Source: Neodothiora populina (taxonomy: Eukaryota). From it: 64,000 nucleotides of DNA. The notes under the pieces were generated by a model. That model was not told the origin of the DNA and did not search any database. It saw only the letters and a list, made by a program, of their open reading frames with translations. Made by a program: the position numbers and the translations under genes. This document shows, one piece after another, positions 36,428 through 49,315 of the stretch (positions within the stretch are counted from its first letter, which is position 1; each line of letters opens with the position of its first letter). The stretch covers positions 806,001 to 870,000 of the forward strand of contig NW_027191417.1 of NCBI RefSeq assembly GCF_041146345.1, in the 5' to 3' direction.

Positions 36428-37917
36428 CTACCACTCTCTGTATCCTCCATCCTCGCCCGTGAATCCAGCCAACGGCCAAGGAACAGCTGTCTTTGAGACC
36501 TCTCTCACGAGGTCCTCGTTGATCTCAATGCCCAGTCCCGGGCCCTTGAATGCTTCCACATGACCGTCCTGCACATCAAACACTTCTGGATTAAGAACGT
36601 AGCTGTTTATGTCGTAATCACCTGCCTCGACATTGTAATGAATGCCCAAAGACATTTCTTGAATCACATGATTTGGAATGTTTAGTCCGACCTGCAGACA
36701 AGCCGCCAGAGCAATGGGGCCAAGAGGACAGTGCGGCGCAATCGCCACTTACAACATGATTAGCACATTCGCTGATTGTTTGCAACATGCAAGACATACC
36801 ATCATAAGCTTCTGCCATGGAAGCTATTCGTTTCATCTCGGAAATACCTCCACAATGCGAAATATCAGGCTGAAGCACATCGACCGAGGCGTCTGAACAG
36901 AAGTTGTCAAAAAGTGACACATAGCCAGCATGCCACAAAAGAAACTCACCTTGGAGGTACCTCTTTACATCCCACCTACTGTACAGCCTCTCGCCCAGCG
37001 CAATAGGACAGCTAGTGAGTTCCGAGACCTGCTTGATACCCTCAGGATGCTCGCTGAGCAAAGGCTCCTCGATGAACAACGGACCATAAGGCTCCAGCGC
37101 CTTAGCCAACTGCTTAGCCATAGGCTTATGCAACCTCCCGTGAAAGTCCAACGCAGCATCCATGCCCAACGCCTTGACAGTCTTGAGTCTCTCGACCGAA
37201 GCCTTGAGCGTCTCGGGCGAATCCAACCAGCCGATATCCTCGGTAGCGTTCATCTTGACTGCTCGGAAGCCTTGATCGTAGCGTGCCTTGGCCGCCGACT
37301 CTACGTCCGACGGTCGGTCGCCCCCTATCCATGCGTACACAGAGACTTTGTTCCGCACTTTGCCGCCCAGGAGTTGGTAGATTGGCACGTTCAGACGCCG
37401 GGCTTTGAGGTCCCAGAGTGCGATGTCGATGCCTGCCAGCGCGGACATGAAGACTGGTCCGCCGCGGTAGAAGCCTGTTTTCTCGCGTCAGCGGGTCAGG
37501 TTCGTGTCAGATGGAATGCGGATTTCCTCTCGTTATCAATCGTAACACTGAATGGCCCGCACACTCTCTGCGTGCCACCGTCTCCTTCCCTCACGGACTG
37601 CCAATATCAAACTCCATCATCAGAACCTCAACCCGCGCAAAAAGATACAAGCGACCACCCCCTTAAGGCCCCGTGATAGCAAAGTAAAGAAAAAGATACC
37701 TACTCTGCCTCCACGCCAGCTGCCAAACATGTTCGATATCATCCGCCTCGAGGCCAACAAACCGCTTGATAAACCCATTCAGCGTGCCCTCTATGGCCTC
37801 CGTGTGGCCCTCGAGCGTCGCCTCTCCCCATCCCGCCTGACCCTCTGAATCCACGATCTTGACGAATAGCCAGCGGGGCATGACGCGGAAGTATTCGATG
37901 GATGTTATGGGCGCCAT
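36428..37917 (-). CDS. dgoD: D-galactonate dehydratase (DgoD-type, enolase/mandelate racemase superfamily); exons 37917-37704, 37474-36950, 36892-36800, 36747-36428
   Basis: PRWLFVKI..GWGEATLEG..FYRGGPVFMSALAGIDIALWD..KMN..DFHGR..EEP..GERL..QPD..APHCPLGP..IQE match DgoD motifs. Confidence 0.88.
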
Positions 37918-38657
37918 TTTGTATCTTCTTACTAGAGTTTGTTCTAGGCTGTGTAGTGTCGAAGGTTAATGTTGTGTATGATGGGGGGTGGTGGATGTGT
38001 ATATATGTGAACAGAAGTAGAACCGAGCAGCTCGCTTCGTGAGTATAAAGAAACTTGGCTTGCTTGAAGTCTTTCTGTCTGGTATATAGAAAGGCCTATG
38101 TCTACAGTAAACACGTCTCACAAGAATTATGAAACCTACTGTCATCTGTTTGTAAGATGTTCTGCTACGTGAAAGGCGAGTCTCACCCTTGAATACCAAT
38201 GATGGTGGAGCAGATGGACCGACGGCGATCAGCGGGGCAATGGGGTTGGTCCTTTCGGCACATTTCGACCCGAGGCTATTACTGCAAACGAGCAACAGAC
38301 CTCCATTGTTGTCATGCTGGGTAGTAAGTGAGAATAGTGATTTCATAGCTCATGGAACATGCAACTGGAGAAGAAGAAAATAAAAAGTATCCACGACGGT
38401 CTTCCTCATTGACCTGTTGTTACAATTTGGAATAAAATAAGCATGCAGAGAAAACAGTAAATCTGCTTCCGCGTGAATGATACCCATGTATATCCCTTTC
38501 CTTGCCTTTTTGCCTCTTGTTGCTTGAAAATATGCTGCAGAAAAGACCTCGCTTTTTTCTTTGCCTGTAGTGATTCCAAGTTCCATATGACAAGCAATCC
38601 TGGAAAAACTCCCCATCTTTGTGTGTGTGCCTCGTCCTTCGTTAAACAAAAATTTCA

Positions 38658-41600
38658 TCATGCCTTCATGCTCGCCAAAAATCCATCAAGATTGAACTCC
38701 TCTTCGTACTGTCTTTCGTCCCAGAGCTCCGTCAGCTCGTCGAGGACGCCCTTTTTGCCCTTTTCGCGAAGGTTTCCTTCCGCGTCAACCGCGTCCGATT
38801 CGTTGATGGCGTTCGAATCCTTCGGTTTCTCTTCCAGAGACATTCCACCACTATCGGTGTCTCCGACGTTGAACAGATCCAGGATCTGGTCGGTTTGCAT
38901 AGTACCCAGCCCAGCGTTTTGCTGATTCACGACCGTGCTGGCCACGTCTATTTTGAAGCGTTGGAGACTGCACACCAGTATGTTAGTTTATGTTATTAAG
39001 GAAGCTGTAGGGATCACTTACTTGAGGATCTTCTCCTCTAACGTCCCGCGCGTAATCAAGCGGTAAACATTGACCACTTTCTTCTGGCCAATGCGATGGG
39101 CTCGATCCATTGCTTGCAAGTCCTTCTGCGGATTCCAGTCGTGCTCTACGAAGATGACAGTGTCTGCTCCGGTCAAGTTCAGGCCGAGACCTCCCACGCT
39201 CGTTGTAAGCAACAGACAGTCGATGGAGGGGTCTGAATTGAATCTGTTGACGATATCTTGACGTTTCGATGCTTCGACACTTCCATCGAGTCGTGAGAAG
39301 GTGACGGAAGGCAACATCTTTTTGAGCACGGTGTTTTCCACCATGTCAAGCATCTCCTTCATTTGGCAAAAGATCAACGCTCGGTGCTGAGAAACGGCTT
39401 GATCTGCAGTTGGCACTTCATTTACACCTTGCCCGCTGGTCGATTCCGTTCCAATGCCACAGTCCACCAGAAGATCTCTTAGTGCAGTCAGCTTGGGAGC
39501 ATGAGCCGGGTCTGCAAGGCTCGAATTAGACCTGGCCAGATAAGACTGGATTGCGGCATATTGCTTGTGTCCCTCTTTCATTACCAAGGCTGGTGAATTG
39601 CAAAGCTTTCTCATGTACTGGAGAGCCTGGAAGATGTGCTGCTTAGCTTCCTTGTCGCCGGTCGAAGCCTTTTCCGCCAAGCTCTTTCCTTCCTTGCGAG
39701 AAAAGTCCTCGAAGAGCTTCTTCTGAAGATCACTAAGGTCACAGTAGTAGTTCTGCAAGATCTTAGGAGGAAGATCATCAAGAACTTCTTCTTTCAAACG
39801 ACGTAGGAGGAAAGGAAGGACCTGCTTATGCAGGGCTTCAATTGCCAACGCGCCAGCTTCTTGCTCACGCGATGAAGATTTACTGAAGCGTGAGGCTGCG
39901 ATCGGCTTAGCGAAACGGTCTTGGAACATCTTCTCTGTGCCGAGGAATCCTGGCATGAGGAAATCGAACAGAGACCATAGCTCCAAAACGTTATTCTGGA
40001 TGGGTGTTCCCGAGAGAATAAGTCTATGGTTGCTGGCCAGTCGTTTGACAGCCTGAGTGACCTTGGCTTTGGGGTTCTTGATGAGATGTCCTTCATCCAG
40101 CACACAATAGTTCCAGTTGATTGGCGCAAGTATGTCGGCATCATTTCGGCAGATGTCATACGATGTGATGACCACGTCTGCAGTGGCGAGCTCTGACCGA
40201 TATTTACCGCGTTCGGACGGAGGTCCTACGTAACCTACTGCGTTCAGGAAGGGCGCGTAAGTACGAATCTCCTGCTGCCAATGTCCAGACAATGTAGGAG
40301 GGCAAACGATCAGAGATGGCATCTTGCGAGAGTCCGAGGCTTGTGTCTTTGCGTATTCCTCCGCGCGCATGTGATGATCGCTAGCAACGATACACAGGGT
40401 TTGCAAGGTCTTTCCTAGTCCCATATCATCGCAAAGGACACCGTGAAGGTGGTATCGATTCAAGAAGGCAAGCCAATTGACTCCGTCCTGTTGGTACGAT
40501 CGCAATTGCGCCTTGATAGCCACAGGTATTGTGAAAGATTCGACCTTCTTTGGGTCCAACATCTGAGCGATGAATTTTCGTTCTCGCTCGCGACCCTTCA
40601 GTAATTCTTCTGAGAGACCTGGTGGATCCGGGATACCGGCCTCCAATGGCACCAGTTTGACCAAGGTGGCAAAGGCAGTAGTAGCGATGAGACGAACGCC
40701 ATTGTCTGAGTCGCTCATGCGACCAAGAACCGGGACGAGGAGGAAGATGACATATGGAAGGATTCGATCTTCCATGACTTGAATGAGATGGTAGATACAT
40801 TCGATCGCGCCTTGTCGGCAGTGAAGATCATTGGCGTTGTTGATTGGTGGTAGAACTTTCTCAACAAGCATCGTGAAACCAGTGACGGTTATCACACTGC
40901 ATATACTGGCAAAGCATTTGGCCGCAGTGTATCGAATGACTGCCAATTGTGCCTGAAGCGCCTTGGCCACATAGCTCATAAGGTCGAGTACGAATGGATG
41001 GAGGTCGGTGTGGAACGAAGGGACCAATGCGCGTAAGGTCGACATAGCGTCGATGACTTCTTGTCCGGTGGCATTCTCCGGATCAGCTATGTCAGCAGGC
41101 AAATCGCCAGTGAAGCATTGAAGTATGGGCTTCTCGATCAAAGTACGAAGCATTGGCACCTTCTCGAAAAGTGTGCCACCGAATCTGCTACACAACTGCT
41201 CCAGTGCATCCTTTGTACCACGTCTGGTGATGCGGGCCTTTCTGACCTCGCGTTCGTACTTGGCGGCATCTGGGCGATCCTGAATGTCCTCATCTTTCTG
41301 AAGCGATAGGATACCTGCCTCTCTGTTTGCATTGGGATGGAACTCTGGAGTTTCTCCGGTCTCCATGCAGCAAAATTTGACGAGGTTGCCAACCACTTTG
41401 TCGACCACTTTCATGCGCCCGCTATCGACCAATTGATTGACGAGACCGGCAATGGCAGCAGCAGAGCGTTGTTGCAACTCGAAGTTTTCTTCGTCTTTGA
41501 CGCTGTCCATCAAGCCCTTGATCGTGGCCTGTGGTTTCTTCGGTAGATCCCTCAGGGCGACAAGAGCGGCAGCGGCGGCAGCTCTGATGCAGACGTCACG

Positions 41601-44570
41601 TTGCCTCTTGACAACCACAGCGTCCTCGATCACTGCGTCTGCATCAGCCTTTGCACTTACCAAAGCTTCGCTTGATGTTATGCGCTGTGCAGGAGACAAG
41701 TTCTTCCTCAACCTCTCGTAATCTGGTCCGGCGATGCGTTCGCCATGCGTAAGTGAGAAAGCAGCATTTCCAGCTTCCGGCTCGCCCTGGACAACGACAG
41801 CGATGATCGGGAGTTTAGTTGGGGGGACATGAGCCTTCTCGCGGAATGTGTTCAGTAGTGACTGACACTGTGCGCGGACGATCTGAAGATAGCTAGTCAA
41901 GTCACCGTAAGCACTTGGCCTCTCCATTTCAACCATGGGCTTGAGCGTCTCGGAGAAAGTTGCGGCAAGCCTGTCACGATCAGTGCTGAGTTTGGCGTAT
42001 TCCTCGATCACCATAGAAGCAAAAAGTTGCGTGGAAGAGAACGGAGACTGGAGACTTGGCACAATCTTCGACGAAAACATGTCAAACCGCGTGTTAGAGG
42101 GCCATGCACACATGGCTCTTCCGAGTGCCTGAGCGGCGTGGGTTCTAGACCGGATCATAACGTCCGCTCCGACCAAGTCAACATCGCCTTGCATCATATG
42201 ACCATCGATATTGTGAGATGACGGTATAGGCGGGGGCATGTCTTTCTCTTTCTTGTCTGAACGCCTCCTCTTCTTCGCGGGCTCAGCAGATCCATTGACC
42301 GGGGAAGACCTTCTGGCGCCGCTGGAGAGAGGCGCATAGCTGTAGCCAGATGGGCGGATGAACAAGGTCGCGTCCATTGGAATGGGATGCCGCGATACAC
42401 CGATAGGGTGGAGCGTCAAAATAACCAAAGGCGCAACGTGGATTTCGAACTCGGCAGCGAACGTCGCGGGGCCTTGCTTCTCCAGTGTATCGACGAGTGA
42501 GCGCCATAGTTGCAAGGACAACTTCAAGACGTTCTCGTTCCTCTCAACCAAAAGATTCTGGTATACTAGACGAAGTGCTCTGCCGTTGACCCAAGTCTTC
42601 GTGTCGGCGCCTTCGATCTCGACAAAAGTCATCAGTGCTCGTAACACAGCTGATCTGACTGAGCTGATAGTATGGCGCAAGAAAGGGTATAGACGAGGGA
42701 CTAGCTCCGCAAATGACTGTTCTGGGTTCTCCGCGGCATTTTTCTTCATAGCATCCAGAACCTCCGGAAAGCTGCAGAGCTTTGCAAGTAGATCCATGAC
42801 CGAGCCCGTACTTGCACTGAGATCATCACTCAAGTTAGACAAGCACTCCCATACGACCGTTAGTAGATGATTCAGAGCGGAATGTTTCATGTTCACAAAT
42901 TCTCTTGCGACTGGAATGAGTGTCGCAGCACTGATCGCTCGTACGTCGTCGTCGTTGTCTCCAAGGCCCTTGATGACACACTCCAGTACGCCATCCATAA
43001 GTGAGCTATCTTGAAGCAGAAGGTCGTTCCTTACAGCGACAAGGTATCTCATGCCAATCATACCGCCGTGGCATGCATGCCAGATGCGCTTGTTCGCTTT
43101 GAAGTCTTTTTGCATGACAAGGCGATAGAGGATATGATTGACAGCGCGAACAGAGGATGCTGAAAGATACTTAAGCAGCGCTCCTAGGGTTTGTCCCGCC
43201 GTTTCTCGAATTGGTGCGACCGCGTTGTCCGAGACGTAATCAGCAAAGCGGTCGAGTATGAAGACGCAACATAGGCGACAGGCCAAATCGTTCAGCCATG
43301 CTTGGTTAAGGTTGTCGTTCTGATGTTTCGTTTTATTTAACATTCGACCGGCACCGGCACCATGCACACGCACAATCTCTCGTAGTCCCATTGCGGCGCC
43401 ATGTCTGATCTCCCAAGCTGGGTCAAAGAGATCTACCGTCAGAAACTCGCAAAGACGTTCGAAGGGCCACTCAGTGCCCTCTTCCTCGGCATCTGATTGG
43501 AAAGTAGAATTTTCTGCTACTGGTGCTCCCTTGAACTCGGACACAACCTTGGTCTCGTCCTCGGATTCTTTGCGCTCCAAAGAGAAATAGTCCGGCTGGT
43601 TGGATTCTGCGCTTTCTTCTTTGATGATCAGCTCTGATTCTACCGGAGTCTGAGCCGAGATGCTGCCAATTTTGGTAGTGGCGAAATCGTATTTGAACTT
43701 CTTGTTGTCTCGTTTTAGTTCCTCCTTCCGGCGTCGCTTGAGCATGTTTAATTGTCGTTTACTCATGGCTTCTGAGCCAGGCGTTTGTACGTTTGATTCA
43801 CTGGGTGAAAGTGTTGCCGAGTCTCCCCCTGGAGTTGTAGTGCGAGCAGCTTGAGGTACAGCAGTATTGATGTTGGTGATTGCTGGAGTAGCAATACCGG
43901 TCTTAAGATCCTTCTCCGTTACTAGGTCTTCTTCAATATACTCGCCTCCAAGACCTAGTCTTGCTGTGAGACTTTTCTTTTGGTGTGCAAGCCTTTGAGC
44001 AGGGTCCATGCCGGCAAGTTTGAAATCATACTGACGCCCGGCACTGCCTAGCAGCTCTTTACCGTTGGTCAAAATGGCTTCTACATCTAATGATTGCAAT
44101 TGTAACTGGTCTTCGGAAGCACTGGAGAGACCGTCTTCTTCTTTGATCTCGTCCTTGACCTCGGCGCCATTGTTTTCTGGTTTGACATCCGCCTCACCTG
44201 CATTTGGATCGAACTTTGAAGCATGCTCAACGATGCCACCAAGAGCCTTCGCGGCAGTGGTCCGAGTATCCCAGGATGATGACCGGAGGAAGGGAATGAT
44301 TCTGGTCAGTAGATTGAAAAGTTCATCAGGGTGGTTCTTTTGAACGTCTGCAAGTTGCTGAGCAGCGGTATTCCGGATCAACTGTGTACTCCCCGTGTCC
44401 AGCAGCACGACCAACCCTGAGGCAAATGTCAGTATACATAATCAAAGCTTCATTCTAATGGATGGAGATCTCACGGTCAAGCCTATAAGTCACGTGATGT
44501 TAGCGCGGGCTTTCTGGGTCAAGATGATTGTGGAGCTTCATTTACTCTGTACTTACCTAGTTGCACTCAT
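38658..44570 (-). CDS. MOT1: TBP-associated Snf2-family ATPase Mot1 (BTAF1); exons 44570-44557, 44482-44475, 44416-39022, 38967-38658
   Basis: Spliced MSATRLDRLVVLLDTGS, HEAT-repeat region (WEIRHGAA, APIRET), DDMGLGKT, DEGH, SGTPIQN, QAMDRAHRIGQ. Confidence 0.96.
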
Positions 44571-45158
44571 GCTACCGTCGCAAGACTATTGACCGCAATC
44601 TAGTCTGATGAAATGGTTATACGCGATATGTATGCAACATTCCCACTCTGTGGCACAAGTCGTTCTCATAAATCCTCAACCATGATGCGAAGATGGGGTA
44701 GATCTGAGTCGCCCTTTTGACAGTGACGTGACTTAACCGAGCGCCGTGTGAGGAGCGGCTTTCGAGGGAGGTCGGACCGCAAGCGACCTTATATTTCCTC
44801 GCGCGTTGGAAATCTGTGAGCAAAGACCCTCTAAGCTTTGCTTGGCATTGACGGCGACCAACCACCTGTCTTTTTCATTTCGAGTGAGCGCAATCTGAAT
44901 AAACGCCTTGAATGCATGCTGCTTTTTGGAGTACTGAGGTAACGATGATAGACGACACGACATTACCATGATGTCTCACGGGATCTCTGAGAAGGAAGGC
45001 ATTGTCCTATACAGACTCCACTCGATGTGATCAATTCACAAATTATTACCAATGCGCGTCAAATCCACGCGCAAGCGTCGCGCTGAGACATTACTTCACT
45101 ACAGTCCGTATCAATATTCATATATCGTTACTCCTGATGACTAGTGTTCGTTCATTAA

Positions 45159-47123
45159 TCATTGACTTGAATCCTCTCTCTTCGCTCCTCTCGCCCATTC
45201 TCGCAAGACGTTCTTTTTGAGCTTTCCGGTACTTGTTTTTGGCAAGACTTGCAAAATTTCTACTTCTCGCGGAACCATGAACCGGCTGATCCCGGACGTC
45301 TGTTTCGCCCATTCCACTACATCTTCTCCCGTGAGGCCGTCCCTTTTTGTAGTAATGAACGCCTTTGGCCGTTCGCCCTGACAAGCATCAGTATTTGTAC
45401 AGGTAAGGCTGGCCTATGATACGCACCCAAGGAGTGTCTGGTATTGCAACACATGCCGCCTCCAATATGTCAGGGTGCGTTACCAACATCGATTCGAGAG
45501 CCACGCTTGAGATGTTCTCGCCGCCTGTGAATGAGCGCCATCTGATTAGTTTTTTCTTCGTTTTTCGTCGGAACCTTTGACTTACCAGAGATGATTATGT
45601 CCTTCGCCCGGTCGAGGATTTTAATCGCTCCATCATTGTGCCACACTGCGAGATCACCGCTGTGAAGAACACCACCTGCAAACAATTTTCTCGTCGCTTC
45701 CTCATCTTTGTAATACCCTTTCGAACAGATATTGCCGATGAACACAATCTCTCCGATCTCTTTGCCATCCCTTTCGACGTCCTCAACACGCCCATCGGGC
45801 AAGTCCTTAATGACTCGGACCGGTAATGAAGTAAGGAAGCCATGACCCTGTCTTGCCATCTTCGCAAATCTCTCATCTTCTGATAGTTCAGACCATCGAG
45901 GCATATGGTACCCTTTGGTGATTGGACCATAAGTCTCCGTGAGACCATAAACATGCACAGGTTCCAGATTGAGATTCATCATCGTGCGGAAAAGATGAGC
46001 GGTTGGCGGGCTTGCAGCTACAGTGACTCTAACGGGAGATTCGAGCCGTTCTGCTGCTGGGTCGTTACATAGAAGAGTATTGACTGTTGGGGCGGCATTG
46101 AAGTGAGTGATTTGTTCTTCCTTCAGCAACCGCCATACCTCGGGGTAATCAATCTTGCGTAGGCAGTAGTGAGTCCCTCGCACCGCGGTGACAGCCCATG
46201 GAAAGGTCCATCCAACTGCGTGGAACATCGGCAGTGTCCACAGATAACGGGCTCGATCAGTCCCATGATAATTCAAGCCTGATTCAACGATGTTTGCCAG
46301 CGCTGCGAGGTAGCACCCACGATGTGTGAATTCCACACCCTTTGGACGAGCAGTCGTCCCCGACGTGTAAGCAAGAGCTATCAGATCATTCTCATCCAGT
46401 GCTGTATTCGCCAGACCGTCCCATCCTTTGGAACCATTCAAAGCATCGTGCTGGAGACCCTCCAGTACTGCATCATCGAACGGCCCTGAAAGCTGACCCT
46501 CAGTCGCGTCGGTGTCGGTGTCGATGATGATCGGTAGTTTAGGATGGATTTTACGGAACCCATTAAGAATATTAACAAATTCAGAGTCAACAATGACTAG
46601 GTCCACCTCGGCATGGTCAAATATGTATGCAATGTCATCAGTCTTCAACCTGTAATTGACACCTGATAACACGTTTAGCAAGATTCCAATGGATATGTGC
46701 CACACGACTTGCCGACACTGATAGCACCTGCAGCACTAATCCCAAATATAGACTCCAGGAAAGCTGGCGTATTAGGACATAATATCCCCACGCGCTGATG
46801 ATTGTGTTTCTTGAGATAGTACGCTAACCCTCTAGCTCTATCAGCTGCTTCTTGGTAAGTTCTCCACAAGATCTGTTTGTTAGAAGTTACGTGAAAGATG
46901 GCGGTGGCCTACAAGAAAGTCAGACTCAGTGATATGGAAAGGCATCGCTGAATCATACATCAGGTTCAATTGCGGCAGCACGTGGCAGAAAGAGGGTCGG
47001 TGACAGTGGATGATTATTGTAATTGTGAGAGTAGTCGGACGCAAACTTGTCCGAGGCGTCAAGAGGGGTTGAAGGAAGGAGCTGCTGTAGAAGACTTGAT
47101 AGACGCCTCGCAGCTGAAGCCAT
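45159..47123 (-). CDS. AMP-binding acyl-CoA synthetase (AAE/LC-FACS-like), probably peroxisomal via PTS2; exons 47123-46959, 46908-46713, 46662-45586, 45524-45427, 45377-45159
   Basis: YTSGTTARPKG, LPMFH, YGLTETYGP, HSGDLA, DRAKDIIISGGENI, WGERP, LPKTSTGK. N-terminal RLSSLLQQL. Confidence 0.9.
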
Positions 47124-47697
47124 AGTAGGATATAACAGCTGCTGTGCAGTTGTCACTTACAAGGAATTAGGAGTGATGAGGTCAAAGAAGTAGAAGATTT
47201 GTCTAATGAACGATATTGGGTTAAATCCGGAGACATGGGTAAACGAGACAGGCATGAACTACAAGTACTGATGATGAATTAAGGTACCCGAAGGTTACGG
47301 ACCATTACCAAAAGACATGGTGGGGTTGATCGATGAGGTGGAGGTGTATGCATTAACCGAGGTGTGATGCTTCAGCCAACCGTTAGTACGCTATTGCGAA
47401 AATGCTTGTTCATAATTGCATGTCAGATGTGTTACAGAAGCTGGACGAATAGATTCGGGATTCGCGTGTGCTAAGAGATCACTGGGCTGGTCCTTAGGCT
47501 CGTGCAACGAAGAATGCATGAATGTGCCTTTTGATAGCGTTTCGAATTTTTCCTAGCCATGATCGCTGAACAAACAAGCAATGCAGGCCGCGGAGGTTTT
47601 AGACTTGAGACATCCTCAAGAGCGCTCTCGTCAACGTTACAGAGCACCCAGGATGTAAATCGACTCAACGAACTCCGATCCCTTTTCCCACATGCGT

Positions 47698-48632
47698 CTA
47701 GTAACCGAAAGAGGCGAGCTGCTCCTTGACCTTGTCGTCGACCTTGGCGCTCTTCTGAGCAGCAGCCAACTGTTTCCTTGCTGCTCTCTTGCGCTCGTAG
47801 TATGCAGCACCCTTGACCTTTCTCCTCTCCTCGAGTCTGTGATTTCCAAGTCAGTCCGAAATGCTTTGCATTATGTGCAGGCCCATGAACGAAAAATCGC
47901 ATCGCTCGATCTGGGCCCTGATAAGTCGAAGGTACGCACCTGGAGACAACGTCCTGGTACTTCCAGCCGAACTCGTGGCCGAGTCTGCCAACGGTGCAGT
48001 ACTTGCGGCCAGGCTTGAGACGGAGGACACGGAGAGCCTGGGGAACGACCATGCGCTTCTTGTGGTCGTATGGGGGAGGGATACCCTCAAAGGTCTTGAG
48101 GCGCTCCATGGCAGCGGCGCCACGGGCAGTCTTGTGAGGAATCATGCCTCTGACGGTGCGCCAGAACATCTTGGAGGGAGCACGGTAGTGCCATGGTCCA
48201 CCACGGGTAGCGTTGAATCTGGTCTGCTTGCGGAGGAAAGCCTGGTAGTTCACTGTAACATCGCATCCGTCAGTCCCGTTCCATCTCGCATTGCGCCGTG
48301 CAGCTGCAGTCTCTCGATTGAATGTTGGAAAACGTACGCTTGGCGCGGAAGAACTCTCCAGAGATGTTGAGGGCCTCGCAGCGGACAACGACGATCTTCT
48401 GGCCTTCGAGAAGCTGCTTGGCGACAGTGCTGGCCAGACGACCGAGCAGGTGTCCCTTGCCGTCGATGACGATCTGTATAGCCCGGAGTGTCAGCCATGC
48501 ACAATTGACGGCGACCATTTAATCCATTTCGCGAATCTCTTTCTCTTCATCATGTATTTTTTTCTTCCATTCTCCGAATTGCAATGGTTCAAGGATGGGG
48601 GATCCACATACGACAGGCTGAAATTCCGACAT
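47698..48632 (-). CDS. RPL16: 60S ribosomal protein L16 (uL13); exons 48632-48612, 48473-48338, 48252-47940, 47836-47698
   Basis: [51 protein letters not shown]. Three GT-AG introns. Confidence 0.97.
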
Positions 48633-49315
48633 CGTGCTGGTCACTGGGTGTTGTGAAGTGTCGCGGTGTTATCTTCTGGATTGAAGCGCAGAGCAGTTGA
48701 ACAATTTCGTAACCTCAGAGTGCGAGTGGGATGCGCCAAGAGATCACGTGCTAGCGCCTTCGCCTTCAGCACCTTTCCAAGCTGCCTTGCCTCACTTGCG
48801 TCGGCCCTGGATCTGCTATTTGCCCGACTTTGTGAGACCCCGGACGCCTCAGTAATTCGAGGGTAGATTCTGGTATGCATCGTTGTAGATATAGTACTTG
48901 TACTTAGGAAGGCAATGTGCGGCACAGTAAGGTACTGTACCTACGCTGAGGAATACACCTCATAGTCTAAGGTTGGACTGCTATAGATCACCGGCCTCTC
49001 TATGATTGCTATGCATATAGATTTCATGCATCAATACCATTCGAAGAATCAGCTTCTACGATTTTTCAATCTGTGGTTAGCTCAACAAGTTGCGCATCTT
49101 GATCACGTCTTCTGACATGCTGTAATTTGATATCATAAATTTGTGCCCTTTATCAGTCTATCTGAAATCATGAAAGGATGAACCATTTCATCGGCTCATA
49201 GCATATTAAGTTCGATCTGATGAACAGTGACTCGAACTCGCACGAAGTACTGGAAGCATGCTATTCTCCACAACTTTTCATTAAAAGGCTCGTCCGGCTG
49301 GACAAGACGAAACTC

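Noticed and set aside
37475..37703. TPP riboswitch or ncRNA in the long dgoD intron 1 (contains GAACCTGA)
   Set aside because: The rest of the TPP aptamer (CTGAGA core, P5 loop) is missing and the gene is unrelated to thiamine.
48491..48553. Box C/D snoRNA-like layout (ATGATGA..CTGA, with a 9-nt CCGTCAATT complement to SSU rRNA) in RPL16 intron 1
   Set aside because: The CTGA is the intron branch site 17 nt from the acceptor, the complement is short and not adjacent to a D/D' box, and there is no terminal stem. snoScan/Infernal would be needed to rescue it.
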